From a virus, in the IMG/VR virus record IMGVR_UViG_3300036852_000353, positions 16,435 to 80,434 of that record: DNA of 64,000 bases, one strand, 5' to 3'. Below are positions 7,983 through 18,430 of this stretch, in pieces. A model generated the notes under the pieces. That model saw nothing but the letters and a program-made list of their open reading frames with translations, did not search any database and was not told the origin of the DNA. Position 1 is the stretch's first letter, and every line of letters starts with the position of its first letter. The translations under genes were made by a program, and so were the position numbers.

Positions 7983-9380
7983 ATGGCACGCACGCTTGTA
8001 GGGGCCCTCGTCCGGAACAAGGCCCCGGTCCCCTACGTACCGGCCGGTATGGGGCGCCGCGGGTGGCTGCCCACGACGATGTCGCCCGGCGGCATGCAGG
8101 CCCAGATGGACGCCGTCGGCCGCGTGGGCACCCTGTTCGCCATCACCGACCGCATCATCACCGCCTACTCGCAGGTCGAGTGGCGGCTGTACCGGGTGGC
8201 CAAGGACGGACGGCGCCGGTATGAGTCCGGCACCTCCGGCGCCACCGACGGCCGCATCGAGGTCACCAAACACCCCGTGCTGGACCTGTGGAAGCGGCCC
8301 AACCCGTTCTTCATGGGCAGCGCATTCCGCGAATCGGCACAGCAGCACGAAGAACTGACCGGCGAGCAGTACTGGGTCATCGAACGCAACGCGTTCGGCC
8401 TGCCCGCCGAGCTGTGGTTCGTACGGCCCGACCGCATGATGCCCATACCCGACCCGGAGAACTTCCTGATCGGCTACATCTACCGCGGCCCCGGCGGCGA
8501 AGAAGTCCCCCTCAGGGTCGAAGACGTCATCTTCCTGCGCCGCCCGCACCCCACCGACCCCTACCGCGGACTCGGCGCCGTCCAGTCCATCCTCGGCGAC
8601 CTGGACGCCCGCTACCTCTCCACCGAGTACAACCGCAACTTCTTCCTGAACTCCGCCACCCCTGGTGGAGTCATCGAAGCCGAGCAGAACATCTCGGACG
8701 ACGACTTCAACCAGTTCCAGGCGCGCTGGGCAGAAACCCACAAGGGAGTGTCCAACGCACACCGGGTGGCGATCCTCGAAGCCGGAATGAAGTGGGTCGA
8801 CCGCCGCTACACCATGGACGACATGCAGTTCGTGGAACTGCAGGAAGCCTCCCGCGAAACCATCCGCGAAGCATTCGGCTTCCCCAAAGCCATGACCGGC
8901 GCCACCGACGACGTCAACAAGGCCAACGCCTACGCCGGTGAAGTCATGTTCGCCCGGTGGATGACCAAGCCCCGCCTGATCCGCACCCGGGAAGCACTCA
9001 ACAACATCCTGCTCCCCATGTACGGGCGCTCCACCGCAGGCCTGGAATTCGACTTCGTCAACCCCGTCCCCGAAGACGACGAAATCTCCGCCCAAGTGCT
9101 GTTCAACAAAGCACAGTCAGCGAAATTCCTCGCCGAGACCGGCCAGTACGACGCGCGGTCCATCGCCGAAGTCTGCGGACTTCCGGACCTGAAGGAACTC
9201 GCCGACGCCCTCCCCATGGGCCAGCAGCAGCAACAGCAGCAGGAAGACCACCCCCTCGAACCCAAGAAGGACCCGGACGAGGACGGCCCCGTGCGCCCGG
9301 ACAAGCCCGTCAAGGACCCGAAGCGGAAGACGGAAAAAGAGCTTCAGCCCGACGACTGGCTCGACATTCTGCACCTGTAA
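7983..9380 (+). CDS. Portal protein (HK97 family)
   Basis: RPNP, LWFVRPDRM, GLGAV, FFLNSATPGG, ILEAGMKW, IREAFGFP motifs. Confidence 0.93.
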   Translation: MARTLVGALVRNKAPVPYVPAGMGRRGWLPTTMSPGGMQAQMDAVGRVGTLFAITDRIITAYSQVEWRLYRVAKDGRRRYESGTSGATDGRIEVTKHPVLDLWKRPNPFFMGSAFRESAQQHEELTGEQYWVIERNAFGLPAELWFVRPDRMMPIPDPENFLIGYIYRGPGGEEVPLRVEDVIFLRRPHPTDPYRGLGAVQSILGDLDARYLSTEYNRNFFLNSATPGGVIEAEQNISDDDFNQFQARWAETHKGVSNAHRVAILEAGMKWVDRRYTMDDMQFVELQEASRETIREAFGFPKAMTGATDDVNKANAYAGEVMFARWMTKPRLIRTREALNNILLPMYGRSTAGLEFDFVNPVPEDDEISAQVLFNKAQSAKFLAETGQYDARSIAEVCGLPDLKELADALPMGQQQQQQQEDHPLEPKKDPDEDGPVRPDKPVKDPKRKTEKELQPDDWLDILHL

Positions 9381-9402
9381 ACCGCCGCCGAGGAGGCGAC
9401 AC

Positions 9403-10950
9403 ATGCCATTCATTGAGCTGGTGGCGCAGCGCCGTCCGCCGACTCCGCCCCCGGGCATGCAGCCGCCGGAAAACGCCAAAGAGTGGTTCCGTATCGAGAA
9501 CAACGCCGACGACGCGGACACCACGGACGTGCTGATCTACTCCAGCATCGGCGGCTGGTTCGGCATGTGGGCCGACGAATTCATCGAAGAACTCGGCGCC
9601 GTCGCCACAAAGAACATCAACATCCGGCTGAACTCCCCCGGCGGTTCGGTTTTCGACGGAATTGCCATCGCCAATGCGATCCGCAGCCACCCTGCGAACG
9701 TCACCGTATACGTCGACTCCCTGGCCGCCTCGATCGCGTCGGTGATCGCCCTGGCAGGCGACCGCCTGGTGATGATGCCACAGTCGCAAATAATGGTGCA
9801 TAACGCCTCGGGCGCCTGCTATGGCGACGCCACCGAGATGACGAAGATGGCCGATCTGCTGGACAAGCAGTCCCGCAACATCGCCGAAGCCTACGCCCAG
9901 CACACCGGCCGCCCCCTGGCCGAGTGGCAGGACTACATGGCCGACGAAACCTGGTTCACCGCCGAGGAAGCCGTCACCGCGGGCCTGGCCGACGAGGTCA
10001 TGCCGATGCGCCCCAAGAAGGGCGAAGAGGCAGAAGACCCCGCCGCTGTCGGCGCCGAGCTGAACCGGGCCTGGGATCTGTCCATGTACAACTACGCGGG
10101 CCGCGAGGCAGCTCCCGCGCCGGTCATCCCCGAGAAGCAGACGCTCGTCCCGGGCGCAGTCATCACCGCTTCGGCACTGCGGGAGCTGTCCACGGTTCCC
10201 GCCGAGCCGATCGTCAAGGCCGACGTCAGGGGCGTTGACGCAGTTGTCCTGGACGTGATCCGGGACATGGTGCGCCAGGCCGTGCGCGACGAACTCGCCG
10301 TCATCGAAGGCACCGCCTGCCCATCCCACTCCACCGCCGTCAAGGACGGCACCTGGGACGCGGGCGCCAACGAAGGCCACCTCCCCTCACCGGTCCCGGT
10401 GGCGACGGTGAAGAAGATGTACGCCTACTACGACGAGGAAAAGGTCGAGGACGGCGCCGTGCCCAAGAGCGCGGCCAAGCTCCCCCACCACTTCGTCTCC
10501 TCTGATGGCACTCCCGGCGCCGCCTCCGTCAACGGTGTGCGCAACGCGCTGGCCCGTCTGCCACAGACACAGGGACTGTCCGACGCCGAACGCAAGGCGG
10601 CCGAAGCCCATCTGCGAAGCCACCTCAACGCCTACTCCGGCGGCGACGAGGACAACCACGATGGCCACGACCCCATCGCCGCGGACGAAACCGAGGACGC
10701 ACAGCCGGACGACGCCCCGGCTGCACCACCCCCCGAAGATCCCGGCGAAGAGCAGCAGGCCCCATCCGACGAGACGGACCCGCCGCCCATCGAGCAGCAC
10801 GCGCCGGAGGAGATCCCGCCGGACGACGGTGACCACGTCACCGAAACCCATGACGAAGCCGACGACTGGAACACCGTCGTCGGCTTTCTTTCTGCCCCCA
10901 CGTCACCCAGCGCGGATGACGTGTTCGCCACGCTCAAGGAGGCATGGTAA
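9403..10950 (+). CDS. ClpP-like capsid maturation protease with scaffold-like C-terminal extension
   Basis: IRLNSPGGSVFDG, LAASIASVI, IMVHNA, ETWFTAEEAV motifs; acidic/Pro-rich tail. Confidence 0.9.
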   Translation: MPFIELVAQRRPPTPPPGMQPPENAKEWFRIENNADDADTTDVLIYSSIGGWFGMWADEFIEELGAVATKNINIRLNSPGGSVFDGIAIANAIRSHPANVTVYVDSLAASIASVIALAGDRLVMMPQSQIMVHNASGACYGDATEMTKMADLLDKQSRNIAEAYAQHTGRPLAEWQDYMADETWFTAEEAVTAGLADEVMPMRPKKGEEAEDPAAVGAELNRAWDLSMYNYAGREAAPAPVIPEKQTLVPGAVITASALRELSTVPAEPIVKADVRGVDAVVLDVIRDMVRQAVRDELAVIEGTACPSHSTAVKDGTWDAGANEGHLPSPVPVATVKKMYAYYDEEKVEDGAVPKSAAKLPHHFVSSDGTPGAASVNGVRNALARLPQTQGLSDAERKAAEAHLRSHLNAYSGGDEDNHDGHDPIAADETEDAQPDDAPAAPPPEDPGEEQQAPSDETDPPPIEQHAPEEIPPDDGDHVTETHDEADDWNTVVGFLSAPTSPSADDVFATLKEAW

Positions 10951-12311
10951 TGGCGACTCCAGTCATTCCGCGCAATGACAACGAACTCGAAGAGATGTTC
11001 AACGACAAGGCCACCCTCACCGAGGTCGCCGCGTCGCGTACGTCCCTTCTGGACTTCGTCAAGGCGTATGCGGGCCAGTTCAACAAGGCCACCAACGGCG
11101 ACCTCGACGCCCAGATCGAGGCGGCCGTCCAGGACGGCCTCATCAAGTACATCGCCGCACAGGGCTCCACCGACGCGAAGGGCGACGCCAAGCGCCTCGA
11201 CCTGCGCCCCGCATCCTCGACGAAGCACGCGCGGATCGCGGACAAGTACAACCCCAACGCCCCCGGCGCGAAGCTGGACGCCATGTTCCCGGACGTCCGG
11301 GACTTCATGAAGGCGATCTGGCACGGCACCCGCTCCTCCGACGCGGTGGCCGCGCAGCACCAGATCAAGGAGATCATGAACTCCTTCGGCAGCAACGTGC
11401 CTGCCGACGGCGGATTCCTGATCCCCGAGTACCTGCGCTCCGAGCTGCTCCGCGTCGCCCTGGAAAAGGCGGTTGTACGCCCCCGGGCCCGCGTGGTCCC
11501 GATGGAAACACTCACCGTTCCTTTCCCGATGATCGACACGACCTCCAACGCGTCGAACATCTACGGCGGTGTCACCGCGTACTGGACGGAAGAGGCCGCC
11601 TCCCTCACCGACTCCTCGCCGACGTTCGGCCGCGTCAAGCTCGAAGCCAAGAAACTCACCGCGTACTCGGAAATCCCGAACGAACTGTTCGCGGACTCCA
11701 TCATCTCGCTGCAGATGTTCATCAACGAGATCTTCCCCGAGGCCATCGCCTGGTTCGAAGACATCGCCTTCATCGACGGCAGCGGCGTCGGCGAGCCCCT
11801 CGGCTTCCAGAACGGCTCGGCGGTCGTCTCCGTCACCAAGGAAACCGGCCAGGCAGCCGCGACCATCGTGTGGGAAAACATCGTCAAGATGTACTCCCGC
11901 ATGCTCCCGAGTTCCCTGAACTCGGCGGTGTGGCTGGCACACATCGACACGTTCCCGGAGCTGGCGACCATGTCGCTCTCCGTCGGCACCGGCGGCTCCG
12001 CGATCTGGCTCAACAACGGCGTCGGCGGCCCCCCGATGACCATCCTCGGCCGTCCGGTGATGTTCACCGAGAAGGCGGAGACCCTGGGCACCGCGGGCGA
12101 CATCCAGTTCGTCGACTTCTCATATTATCTGATCGGCGACCGCCAGGCCATCCAGGCGGACACGTCTCCCCACTATCGTTTTCAAAACGATCAGAGCACA
12201 ATTCGTTTTATCGAAAGGGTGGACGGGAGGCCGTGGATCCAGTCCGCGATCACGCCTCAGACCGGCAGTAACACCCTTTCGCCGTTCGTACAGCTGCAGA
12301 CCCGGAGCTGA
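10950..12311 (+). CDS. Major capsid protein (HK97 fold)
   Basis: DGGFLIPE, AYWTEE, LEAKKL, FIDGSG, ILGRPV, GDFSYY-like motifs. Confidence 0.93.
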   Translation: MATPVIPRNDNELEEMFNDKATLTEVAASRTSLLDFVKAYAGQFNKATNGDLDAQIEAAVQDGLIKYIAAQGSTDAKGDAKRLDLRPASSTKHARIADKYNPNAPGAKLDAMFPDVRDFMKAIWHGTRSSDAVAAQHQIKEIMNSFGSNVPADGGFLIPEYLRSELLRVALEKAVVRPRARVVPMETLTVPFPMIDTTSNASNIYGGVTAYWTEEAASLTDSSPTFGRVKLEAKKLTAYSEIPNELFADSIISLQMFINEIFPEAIAWFEDIAFIDGSGVGEPLGFQNGSAVVSVTKETGQAAATIVWENIVKMYSRMLPSSLNSAVWLAHIDTFPELATMSLSVGTGGSAIWLNNGVGGPPMTILGRPVMFTEKAETLGTAGDIQFVDFSYYLIGDRQAIQADTSPHYRFQNDQSTIRFIERVDGRPWIQSAITPQTGSNTLSPFVQLQTRS

Positions 12312-12321
12312 CAATTGATCT

Positions 12322-12347
12322 TGTTCGCATGACATAGAATGCGAACA
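12322..12347 (+). promoter_or_regulatory. Putative -10 box (TAGAAT) for a leaderless HNH transcript, inside a 9-bp inverted repeat
   Basis: TAGAAT at 12335-12340, ATG 6 nt later; tgttcgcat/atgcgaaca arms. Confidence 0.45.
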
Positions 12348-12883
12348 TGACCGGACGCGCGAAGTGCGTGCCGGGGTGTACCTGTCTCAAGCACACCCCG
12401 GCACCCAAGAAGAAGTGCCCCGAAGGCTGCACCTGCGGGAAGCACAACAAGCAGCGGCGGATCAACTGGGACGACCCCGAGGTACGCAAGGCGTACAACC
12501 GGGACATGGCCAGGAAGATCCGCGCAGTGAACCCTGAACCGAACCGGGAAGCGGCTCGACGCTGGCAAGCACGCAATCCGTACTACGTGAAGTACAGGAT
12601 CACGCGGGCCGACTGGGACCGTATGTTCACGGACCAGCAGGGGCGGTGCTACCTCTGTGGTAGCGCATTCGATTTGGAGAACCGTAAGGCCATCCATATC
12701 GATCATGACCATGAGTGCTGCCCGAGCGGTCGCGATGGGTCATCGTGCGGGAAGTGCATCCGAGGGCTGGCCTGCCGCATGTGCAATCAGGGCATCGGAT
12801 CGTTCAAGGATGATCCCGATCTGATGGAACGTGCGGCATCAGCACTCCGTGAAGCGAACAACCGGGTTCGTAAAACTGAATAA
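12347..12883 (+). CDS. HNH / endonuclease VII-family homing endonuclease
   Basis: QQGRCYLC...HIDHDH...IRGLACRMCNQGIG; two N-terminal CxxGCTCxxH repeats. Confidence 0.88.
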   Translation: MTGRAKCVPGCTCLKHTPAPKKKCPEGCTCGKHNKQRRINWDDPEVRKAYNRDMARKIRAVNPEPNREAARRWQARNPYYVKYRITRADWDRMFTDQQGRCYLCGSAFDLENRKAIHIDHDHECCPSGRDGSSCGKCIRGLACRMCNQGIGSFKDDPDLMERAASALREANNRVRKTE

Positions 12884-12899
12884 GTAACACCCCAAGACG

Positions 12900-12929
12900 A
12901 AGGACCCCGGCAATCCCGGGGTCCTTTTC
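12900..12929 (+). terminator. Intrinsic terminator
   Basis: aaggaccccgg/ccggggtcctt stem followed by a T-run. Confidence 0.75.
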
Positions 12930-13045
12930 TATGCCACTTTGCGCTGTGGCACGCACAGCCCTGCGGCGCATTCACACCCAATGCAGGGCCACGGACGCGG
13001 CGGCATTCATACCCCGCCGTGCCCGGCACTCCCTAGGAGATCAAG

Positions 13046-13567
13046 ATGACCACTGGCGCTTTCGGCCTGGGCAAGTCTTTTGACATTGTCTCGGGCATTG
13101 TTCCCGTCAACCTCAACACGGCTGGCAACACCGGCGAGCGTGTCCACATGAAGGACTGCCGCGCGATCAGCATCGTCGTTTTCGCGTCGATCGGCACGGC
13201 TGGTTCGGACCTCGCGGTCGACGTGCAGGAGGCCAATGCGGCCACTGGCGGCACGATCCGTGACCTGGACATCGTCACCAAGTACTACATCAAGGACGCG
13301 CTGTCCCTGACGTCGGCGACCACGTGGGCGGAGATCTCGCAGTCCGCGGCCTCCGAGATCAGCGACACCGGCGGCGCCGGTACCTCCGCTGAGCACTCGC
13401 AGATCGTCGTCATCGATGTCCGCGCCGAGCAGCTTTCGGACGGCTACGAGTGGCTGTCGGTGAACGTCCCCCAGCCTGGTGCAACCAAGCTGGGCTGCGC
13501 GTTCTACATCCGTCATGGCCTCGAAGTGATGCGCAAGCCGCAGAACCTCGCCGACCCGAACGCCTGA
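13046..13567 (+). CDS. Virion (head decoration-like) protein
   Basis: Position after MCP; beta-rich Thr/Ala/Gly composition. Confidence 0.55.
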   Translation: MTTGAFGLGKSFDIVSGIVPVNLNTAGNTGERVHMKDCRAISIVVFASIGTAGSDLAVDVQEANAATGGTIRDLDIVTKYYIKDALSLTSATTWAEISQSAASEISDTGGAGTSAEHSQIVVIDVRAEQLSDGYEWLSVNVPQPGATKLGCAFYIRHGLEVMRKPQNLADPNA

Positions 13568-13582
13568 TTGGGGCTGTGATCC

Positions 13583-14056
13583 ATGTCAACGATCATTCAG
13601 GGTTCCCAGATGCGGAACCTGCTGCTGGGCAGCTCGCCGGTCACCAAGTCGACCGGTACGCTCGCAGCGACGACGGTGGCGCTGTTCACCATTGCTGGCG
13701 GTGAGGTTCTCATCACCGCGATGTGGGGCAAGGTGACGACTGCGATCACCGTGGCCAACTCCTACAAGCTGCAGCTCAACCCGACCACCGGTGACACCGG
13801 TGACATGTGTGCGGCCACGGACATCGGTACCAACGACTCGGCGGCAGGGTCTTTGCTGACCTTCGCCCTGTCCACGACCACGGCGCCGCCGAAGCTGATC
13901 GCCGGTTCGGCGTCTGCCGGTGGCTACGCCGGTCCGCTGTCCACGGTGGTCACGACCGGCCAGATCGAGCACGTCTCCGCGGGCACCGACGGTGTCATCT
14001 CCTGGAACGTCTGCTGGGTTCCGCTCACTGACGGCGCCACGCTGGTGGCCGCCTGA
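13583..14056 (+). CDS. Virion structural protein, paralog A
   Basis: LFTIAGGEVLIT...GATLVAA; similar to the next gene. Confidence 0.6.
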   Translation: MSTIIQGSQMRNLLLGSSPVTKSTGTLAATTVALFTIAGGEVLITAMWGKVTTAITVANSYKLQLNPTTGDTGDMCAATDIGTNDSAAGSLLTFALSTTTAPPKLIAGSASAGGYAGPLSTVVTTGQIEHVSAGTDGVISWNVCWVPLTDGATLVAA

Positions 14057-14057
14057 T

Positions 14058-14516
14058 ATGAGCGTCATTCTCAGGGCCGCCGGGCCGCTGGGGCAGAAGG
14101 TGGAGAGGGCCACGGCAACGCTCCCGCAGAGCACTGCCGGGGCCCTGTTCACCGTCGCTGGCGGTCGTGTTCTCGTCACGTCGGTCGTCGGCGAGGTGAC
14201 CACGGTCATCCAGACTCAGGCGGATGCCACGAAGCTGACGTTCGATCCGACCGATGCGGGTGCCACGCAGGATCTGTGTGCAACGACCGACATCACTGCG
14301 GACGCGGTCGGCACGATGTATTCCATTACCGGCACGCCGGGCACCGTTTTGCAGGATGCACTCAATTTCTTGCCGAGTAACAAGGTGCTGGCGCAGCCGC
14401 TGATTCTGAAGCCGGGCAGTGTCCTGCTGGACTGTGCTGGGTCCAATACCGGTTCGGTGAAGTGGACGCTGGCCTATTGGCCCATTGACACCGGCGCGAC
14501 GGTTGTCGCTGCCTGA
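14058..14516 (+). CDS. Virion structural protein, paralog B
   Basis: LFTVAGGRVLVT...GATVVAA. Confidence 0.6.
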   Translation: MSVILRAAGPLGQKVERATATLPQSTAGALFTVAGGRVLVTSVVGEVTTVIQTQADATKLTFDPTDAGATQDLCATTDITADAVGTMYSITGTPGTVLQDALNFLPSNKVLAQPLILKPGSVLLDCAGSNTGSVKWTLAYWPIDTGATVVAA

Positions 14517-14533
14517 TCAACCACCTCGGAGTT

Positions 14534-15169
14534 TTGATGCCTGCCAACTTGCGGACGTGCGCCGACTGTACGACGGCATATGCGCTCGATCTGTTGACCT
14601 GTCCGCACTGCGGCAGCAGCAACTTCGTGGACGAGGGGGGAGCTGTGATGAAGCGGTTTCCCCTCTTCGTCTCCCTGTCCTGCGGCAGCTGCGGGCGTGG
14701 TCCCTGGACTGTGCGGCTTCAGTCCGTGACGTCCGGGCTCATTGAACTCCCGACACTGGCCTGCTCCTCGTGCGGTTGCCGGGTGCCGGTCACCTGGCCT
14801 CCCGAGGAGGAGCCGATGTCTCCCAAGATCACCGCTCATGGCGGTGCCACGAACGCTCGCGACGCGGACGTCTCCCCGGCTGCGGTCGTGAGCCAGCCCC
14901 AGGACGTAGCCGAGGACGTCCTGGGGCGTCCAACTTCTGATGCTCAGGAGCCTGTTACCACCTTGCAGGAGGCCATGCCGGGCGATGCGCTGCCGGAGGT
15001 TGCAGAGTCGGCGTACACCGCAGACTCCGTGCCGTTGCCGCTGGTCAAGGACTACGAGTCGATGACGCTGGCCGAGCTCCGCGAGGAGGCCACCGGCCGC
15101 GACGTTCCCTCCTATGGCACCAAGGCGCAGATCGCTGAGCGTCTGCGTGAGGCCGACACCGAGGAGTAG
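14534..15169 (+). CDS. Zn-ribbon protein with C-terminal SAP/Rho-N-like domain
   Basis: CADC...CPHC, CGSC...CSSC; MTLAELREEA...GTKAQIAERL. Confidence 0.65.
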   Translation: MMPANLRTCADCTTAYALDLLTCPHCGSSNFVDEGGAVMKRFPLFVSLSCGSCGRGPWTVRLQSVTSGLIELPTLACSSCGCRVPVTWPPEEEPMSPKITAHGGATNARDADVSPAAVVSQPQDVAEDVLGRPTSDAQEPVTTLQEAMPGDALPEVAESAYTADSVPLPLVKDYESMTLAELREEATGRDVPSYGTKAQIAERLREADTEE

Positions 15170-15172
15170 TCC

Positions 15173-15352
15173 GTGTCCTGGGAGCAGATGCTGAGCATCG
15201 TCACGGAAGCCGTCGGCTACCAGGAGCGTGAGCGTACTGATCCGCCTCTGGCATGCCCTTTCGACGGTGAGCCCCTGCGTTCGTCACCCGACGGCGGTCT
15301 GTTTTGTCTGCTCGGGAACTACGAGTGGCCCAGGCAGCCGCGCATCATCTGA
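15173..15352 (+). CDS. Small hypothetical protein
   Basis: GAGGAG RBS, GTG start; CPFDGEPL...C motif. Confidence 0.65.
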   Translation: MSWEQMLSIVTEAVGYQERERTDPPLACPFDGEPLRSSPDGGLFCLLGNYEWPRQPRII

Positions 15353-15367
15353 TCGAGGGGGTCACTG

Positions 15368-16336
15368 GTGACCATCAATACGGTAACCGATCTCCGTAAT
15401 ACCGATGCGGGACAGACGGCTTTCACGGTCCGGCAGAACCCGGTCGGCGGGTCTACCGCTTGCCACGCTGTCCAGGTCACCCAGGCGGCGACGGCCGGGG
15501 ACGGCGCAGGTGTCAACGTTGTCTCCAACAACACCAGTTCCCCCGCGGTCCGGGTCAAGGCGGCCGGTCCGCTGGTGCAGTTGTACGACGCCAGCAACAT
15601 TCTCAAGTTCGAGATCAGCAACGGTGGCGCTATCACTACGGTCAGCGGTATCACGCTGACGGGTGCGATCAGTGCGACCACCCTCACGTCCACCGGCGCC
15701 ACGTCGGTGGGCACCACGCTGGCGGTGACGGGTGCAACGACGCTGACGGGTGCACTCTCCGGTAGTAGTGCGACGTTCAGCACCACCCTGGGCGTCACAG
15801 GCGCCACCACGTTGTCGACCGTGTCGACGTCAGGTGCGGCGACGCTGAACTCTGCCGCCGTGACCAACAACGCCACGGTGGGCGGCACCCTGGGCGTGAC
15901 GGGCACGACGACGGTGGCCGCGGTCAACGCGTCCGGGAATATCACAGTGACCGGTGCGGACCTGCAGATCAACGGCACCAACAAGGCCTACCGGTTCCGC
16001 CGCGGCGGTGGCGGCCTGGACCTCGAAGCCACCGGCGCCGACCTGGTCGTCTCCAACTGGTCGGGGACGAACTTCAACGGGACACAGCGCTCCTACTTCC
16101 GCCTGTCCGCCGATGCACAGAATGTGCAGGTCGCGGGCAAGGTCGAGTTCGTGGACGCCCTGTATGGGGCGACGAAGCACGTTCTGGACGGCGCCGCCAA
16201 CACCATCGGCTTCTTCGGTACCGCAGCGGCGGCCAAGCAGACGGTGTCCGGGGCGAAGGGCGGCAACGCGGCGTTGGCGTCCCTGCTGACGGCACTCGTC
16301 GCGTACGGGCTGGTCACGGATTCGACGTCGGCATGA
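15368..16336 (+). CDS. Fibre-like virion protein
   Basis: Repeated VGTTLAVTGATTL / VGGTLGVTGTTTV beta-spiral-like motifs. Confidence 0.65.
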   Translation: MTINTVTDLRNTDAGQTAFTVRQNPVGGSTACHAVQVTQAATAGDGAGVNVVSNNTSSPAVRVKAAGPLVQLYDASNILKFEISNGGAITTVSGITLTGAISATTLTSTGATSVGTTLAVTGATTLTGALSGSSATFSTTLGVTGATTLSTVSTSGAATLNSAAVTNNATVGGTLGVTGTTTVAAVNASGNITVTGADLQINGTNKAYRFRRGGGGLDLEATGADLVVSNWSGTNFNGTQRSYFRLSADAQNVQVAGKVEFVDALYGATKHVLDGAANTIGFFGTAAAAKQTVSGAKGGNAALASLLTALVAYGLVTDSTSA

Positions 16337-16479
16337 GTGATCTGTCGGTCGAGGATTTCAAGAACATTCTTCTGGACCTGTATCTGGTGCAGCGCGAGAA
16401 CGCCGAGCTGAGGGGCGAACTTGCGCTGCTCAAGCAGCCCCATCTCCTAGCAGAAGAGCGTGCAGACGAGGAGGTCTGA
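16333..16479 (+). CDS. Small coiled-coil protein (possible fibre chaperone)
   Basis: ATGA overlap; LYLVQRENAELRGELALLK heptads. Confidence 0.55.
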   Translation: MSDLSVEDFKNILLDLYLVQRENAELRGELALLKQPHLLAEERADEEV

Positions 16480-17556
16480 ATGACCATCACGACCCCCGTC
16501 TACACCACCCGTGAAATCATCAAGCGGGCCCTGGACCAGGGCGAGATTTCGCGGAACAACCGGAACATCGACCGGTGCATCGAATCGGCGTCCCGGAATG
16601 CGGAGGGCCTGTGCCACCGCATCTTCTACCCGCGGATCGCCACGAAGTACTTCGACTGGCCCAACGACCAGGGCACTCTGCCCTGGCGGCTGTGGCTGGA
16701 CGACCAGGATCTGATATCCGTCACCACGCTGTCCTCGGGCGGCACCACGATCCCCGCAGCCAACTACAACCTGGAACCGAACACCACGGGCCCCCCGTAC
16801 ACCCGGCTGGAAATCAACATCGGCACCAGCTCGGCGTTCGGAGGCGGCTCCACGCACCAGCGCGACATCACCATCACCGGGCTGTGGGGATCCACCGACG
16901 ACCACGTCAGCACGGGCACCGTCGCCGAGGCCCTCGACGCCACGGAGACCGGGGTCGACGTGTCGGCCGCCGCATCCGTCGACATCGGGGTGGGCTCCAT
17001 CCTGAAGGTCGATACGGAGCGGATGCTGGTGACCGACCGGGCCCAGCTGAGCACCGGGCAGACCGTCGGCGGCACCGGACTGACCACGAACAAGAACTCC
17101 CAGGCGCTGACCGTCGCCGACGGCACGCAGTTCGCCGTCGACGAGGCGCTGCTCATCGAGAGTGAACGCGTCCTGGTCACCGACATCGCAGGCAACGTGC
17201 TCACCGTCGAGCGGGCTTTTGACGGGTCCACCATCGCCGCCCACGCGGCGGGCGTCACCATCTACGCCCCGCGCACCCTCACCGTCACACGGGGGGCTCT
17301 GGGATCGACGGCGGCCACCCACCTGACCGGGGCCACCGTATCCGTGTGGCGGCCCCCCATGCCGGTGCGGCAGTACGTCGCCGCGGAAGCCATCCACGAA
17401 CTGATGCAGGAACAGACCGGGTGGTTCCGCACCATGTCGGCGTCGTCGATCTTCGGCGGCACCGCCAAACGGGCCGCCACCATCGAAGCCCTCATCGACT
17501 ACCGCGACCAGCTGTACCAGACGCACGGCCGCAAGGCCCGCACCCGGGCCATCTGA
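16480..17556 (+). CDS. Head-to-tail adaptor-like protein
   Basis: Synteny; YTTRE N-terminus; internal duplicated ERMLVT/ERVLVT domain. Confidence 0.65.
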   Translation: MTITTPVYTTREIIKRALDQGEISRNNRNIDRCIESASRNAEGLCHRIFYPRIATKYFDWPNDQGTLPWRLWLDDQDLISVTTLSSGGTTIPAANYNLEPNTTGPPYTRLEINIGTSSAFGGGSTHQRDITITGLWGSTDDHVSTGTVAEALDATETGVDVSAAASVDIGVGSILKVDTERMLVTDRAQLSTGQTVGGTGLTTNKNSQALTVADGTQFAVDEALLIESERVLVTDIAGNVLTVERAFDGSTIAAHAAGVTIYAPRTLTVTRGALGSTAATHLTGATVSVWRPPMPVRQYVAAEAIHELMQEQTGWFRTMSASSIFGGTAKRAATIEALIDYRDQLYQTHGRKARTRAI

Positions 17557-17571
17557 ACGGGGAGCCGGGAC

Positions 17572-17964
17572 ATGTTCGAAATCAAGTTCAAGAGCCGCGT
17601 CCAGGGCCCCATCAGCTCCGGGCGGATGGCCCGTGACGCCGCGGCGTACTCCCATGACGTCGCCAGCGCGATCGCCGACTCCGCCAAGGACACGTGGCTG
17701 AACAATCTGCACAGCTCCATCCGTCACCAGACGCCGTACTACACCACGCAGATCCGCAAGCACGAGCTGACGCCGACGCATTACCGCATCGACGACGGCG
17801 GCGTCATCTACGGCGACTGGCTTGAGTCCGGTGCTTATACACCCCGCCGCAGGTTCGAGGGCTACCGCGCCCAGGAACGCTCCGAGGCCGAGGTGCAGGC
17901 CAAACGCGGCAACATCTCCCGCCGCATCCTGCGCCGCTACCGCTCCAGCGGACGACTGATCTGA
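17572..17964 (+). CDS. Neck / tail completion-like protein
   Basis: Synteny; GVIYGDWLE...FEGY motif. Confidence 0.55.
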   Translation: MFEIKFKSRVQGPISSGRMARDAAAYSHDVASAIADSAKDTWLNNLHSSIRHQTPYYTTQIRKHELTPTHYRIDDGGVIYGDWLESGAYTPRRRFEGYRAQERSEAEVQAKRGNISRRILRRYRSSGRLI

Positions 17965-17974
17965 AGGAGCCGGG

Positions 17975-18430
17975 ATGGCCCTCGACATCAACGGCATCCT
18001 CGACGCCGTCGTCTCCCACACCCTGTCCACCGGACACTTCCAGACCGTCAACGAACACGAGTCGAAACAGTCCGGTACGAACGGCATCACCGCCGGTGTG
18101 TGGGTGGAGAGAATCACGCCGGTCAAATCCTCCGGACTGGCCAACACATCGATCCGCCTCGAACTGCAAATGCGGATCTACAACTCCACCATGGCCGAGC
18201 CGTACGACCACATCGACGCCAACCTGACGCTCGCCCTGGACGCCGTCTTCACCAACTTCATCTCCGACTTCGACCTGTTCGGCGAGGCCCGGCACATTGA
18301 CATCTTCGGCGCCTACGGACAGAGCCTCCAAGTCGACGTCGGATATATGAACATGGACGGCCGCGAGTTCAGGGTTTTCCAGATCCGCCTCCCAGTGATT
18401 ATTGACGACGCCTGGCCGCAGTCAGCGTAA
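17975..18430 (+). CDS. Tail terminator-like protein
   Basis: Synteny before the tail-tube genes. Confidence 0.6.
   Translation: MALDINGILDAVVSHTLSTGHFQTVNEHESKQSGTNGITAGVWVERITPVKSSGLANTSIRLELQMRIYNSTMAEPYDHIDANLTLALDAVFTNFISDFDLFGEARHIDIFGAYGQSLQVDVGYMNMDGREFRVFQIRLPVIIDDAWPQSA

Noticed and set aside
7875-9095. Long minus-strand ORF upstream of the XRE start (562 aa in the track)
   Set aside because: Antisense shadow of the portal; only the last 155 codons look like a protein
9220-9245. Poly-Gln tract in the portal C-terminus
   Set aside because: Short low-complexity linker; frame preserved
16447-18147. 566-aa minus-strand ORF
   Set aside because: Antisense to head-tail genes; typical high-GC shadow ORF with no motifs
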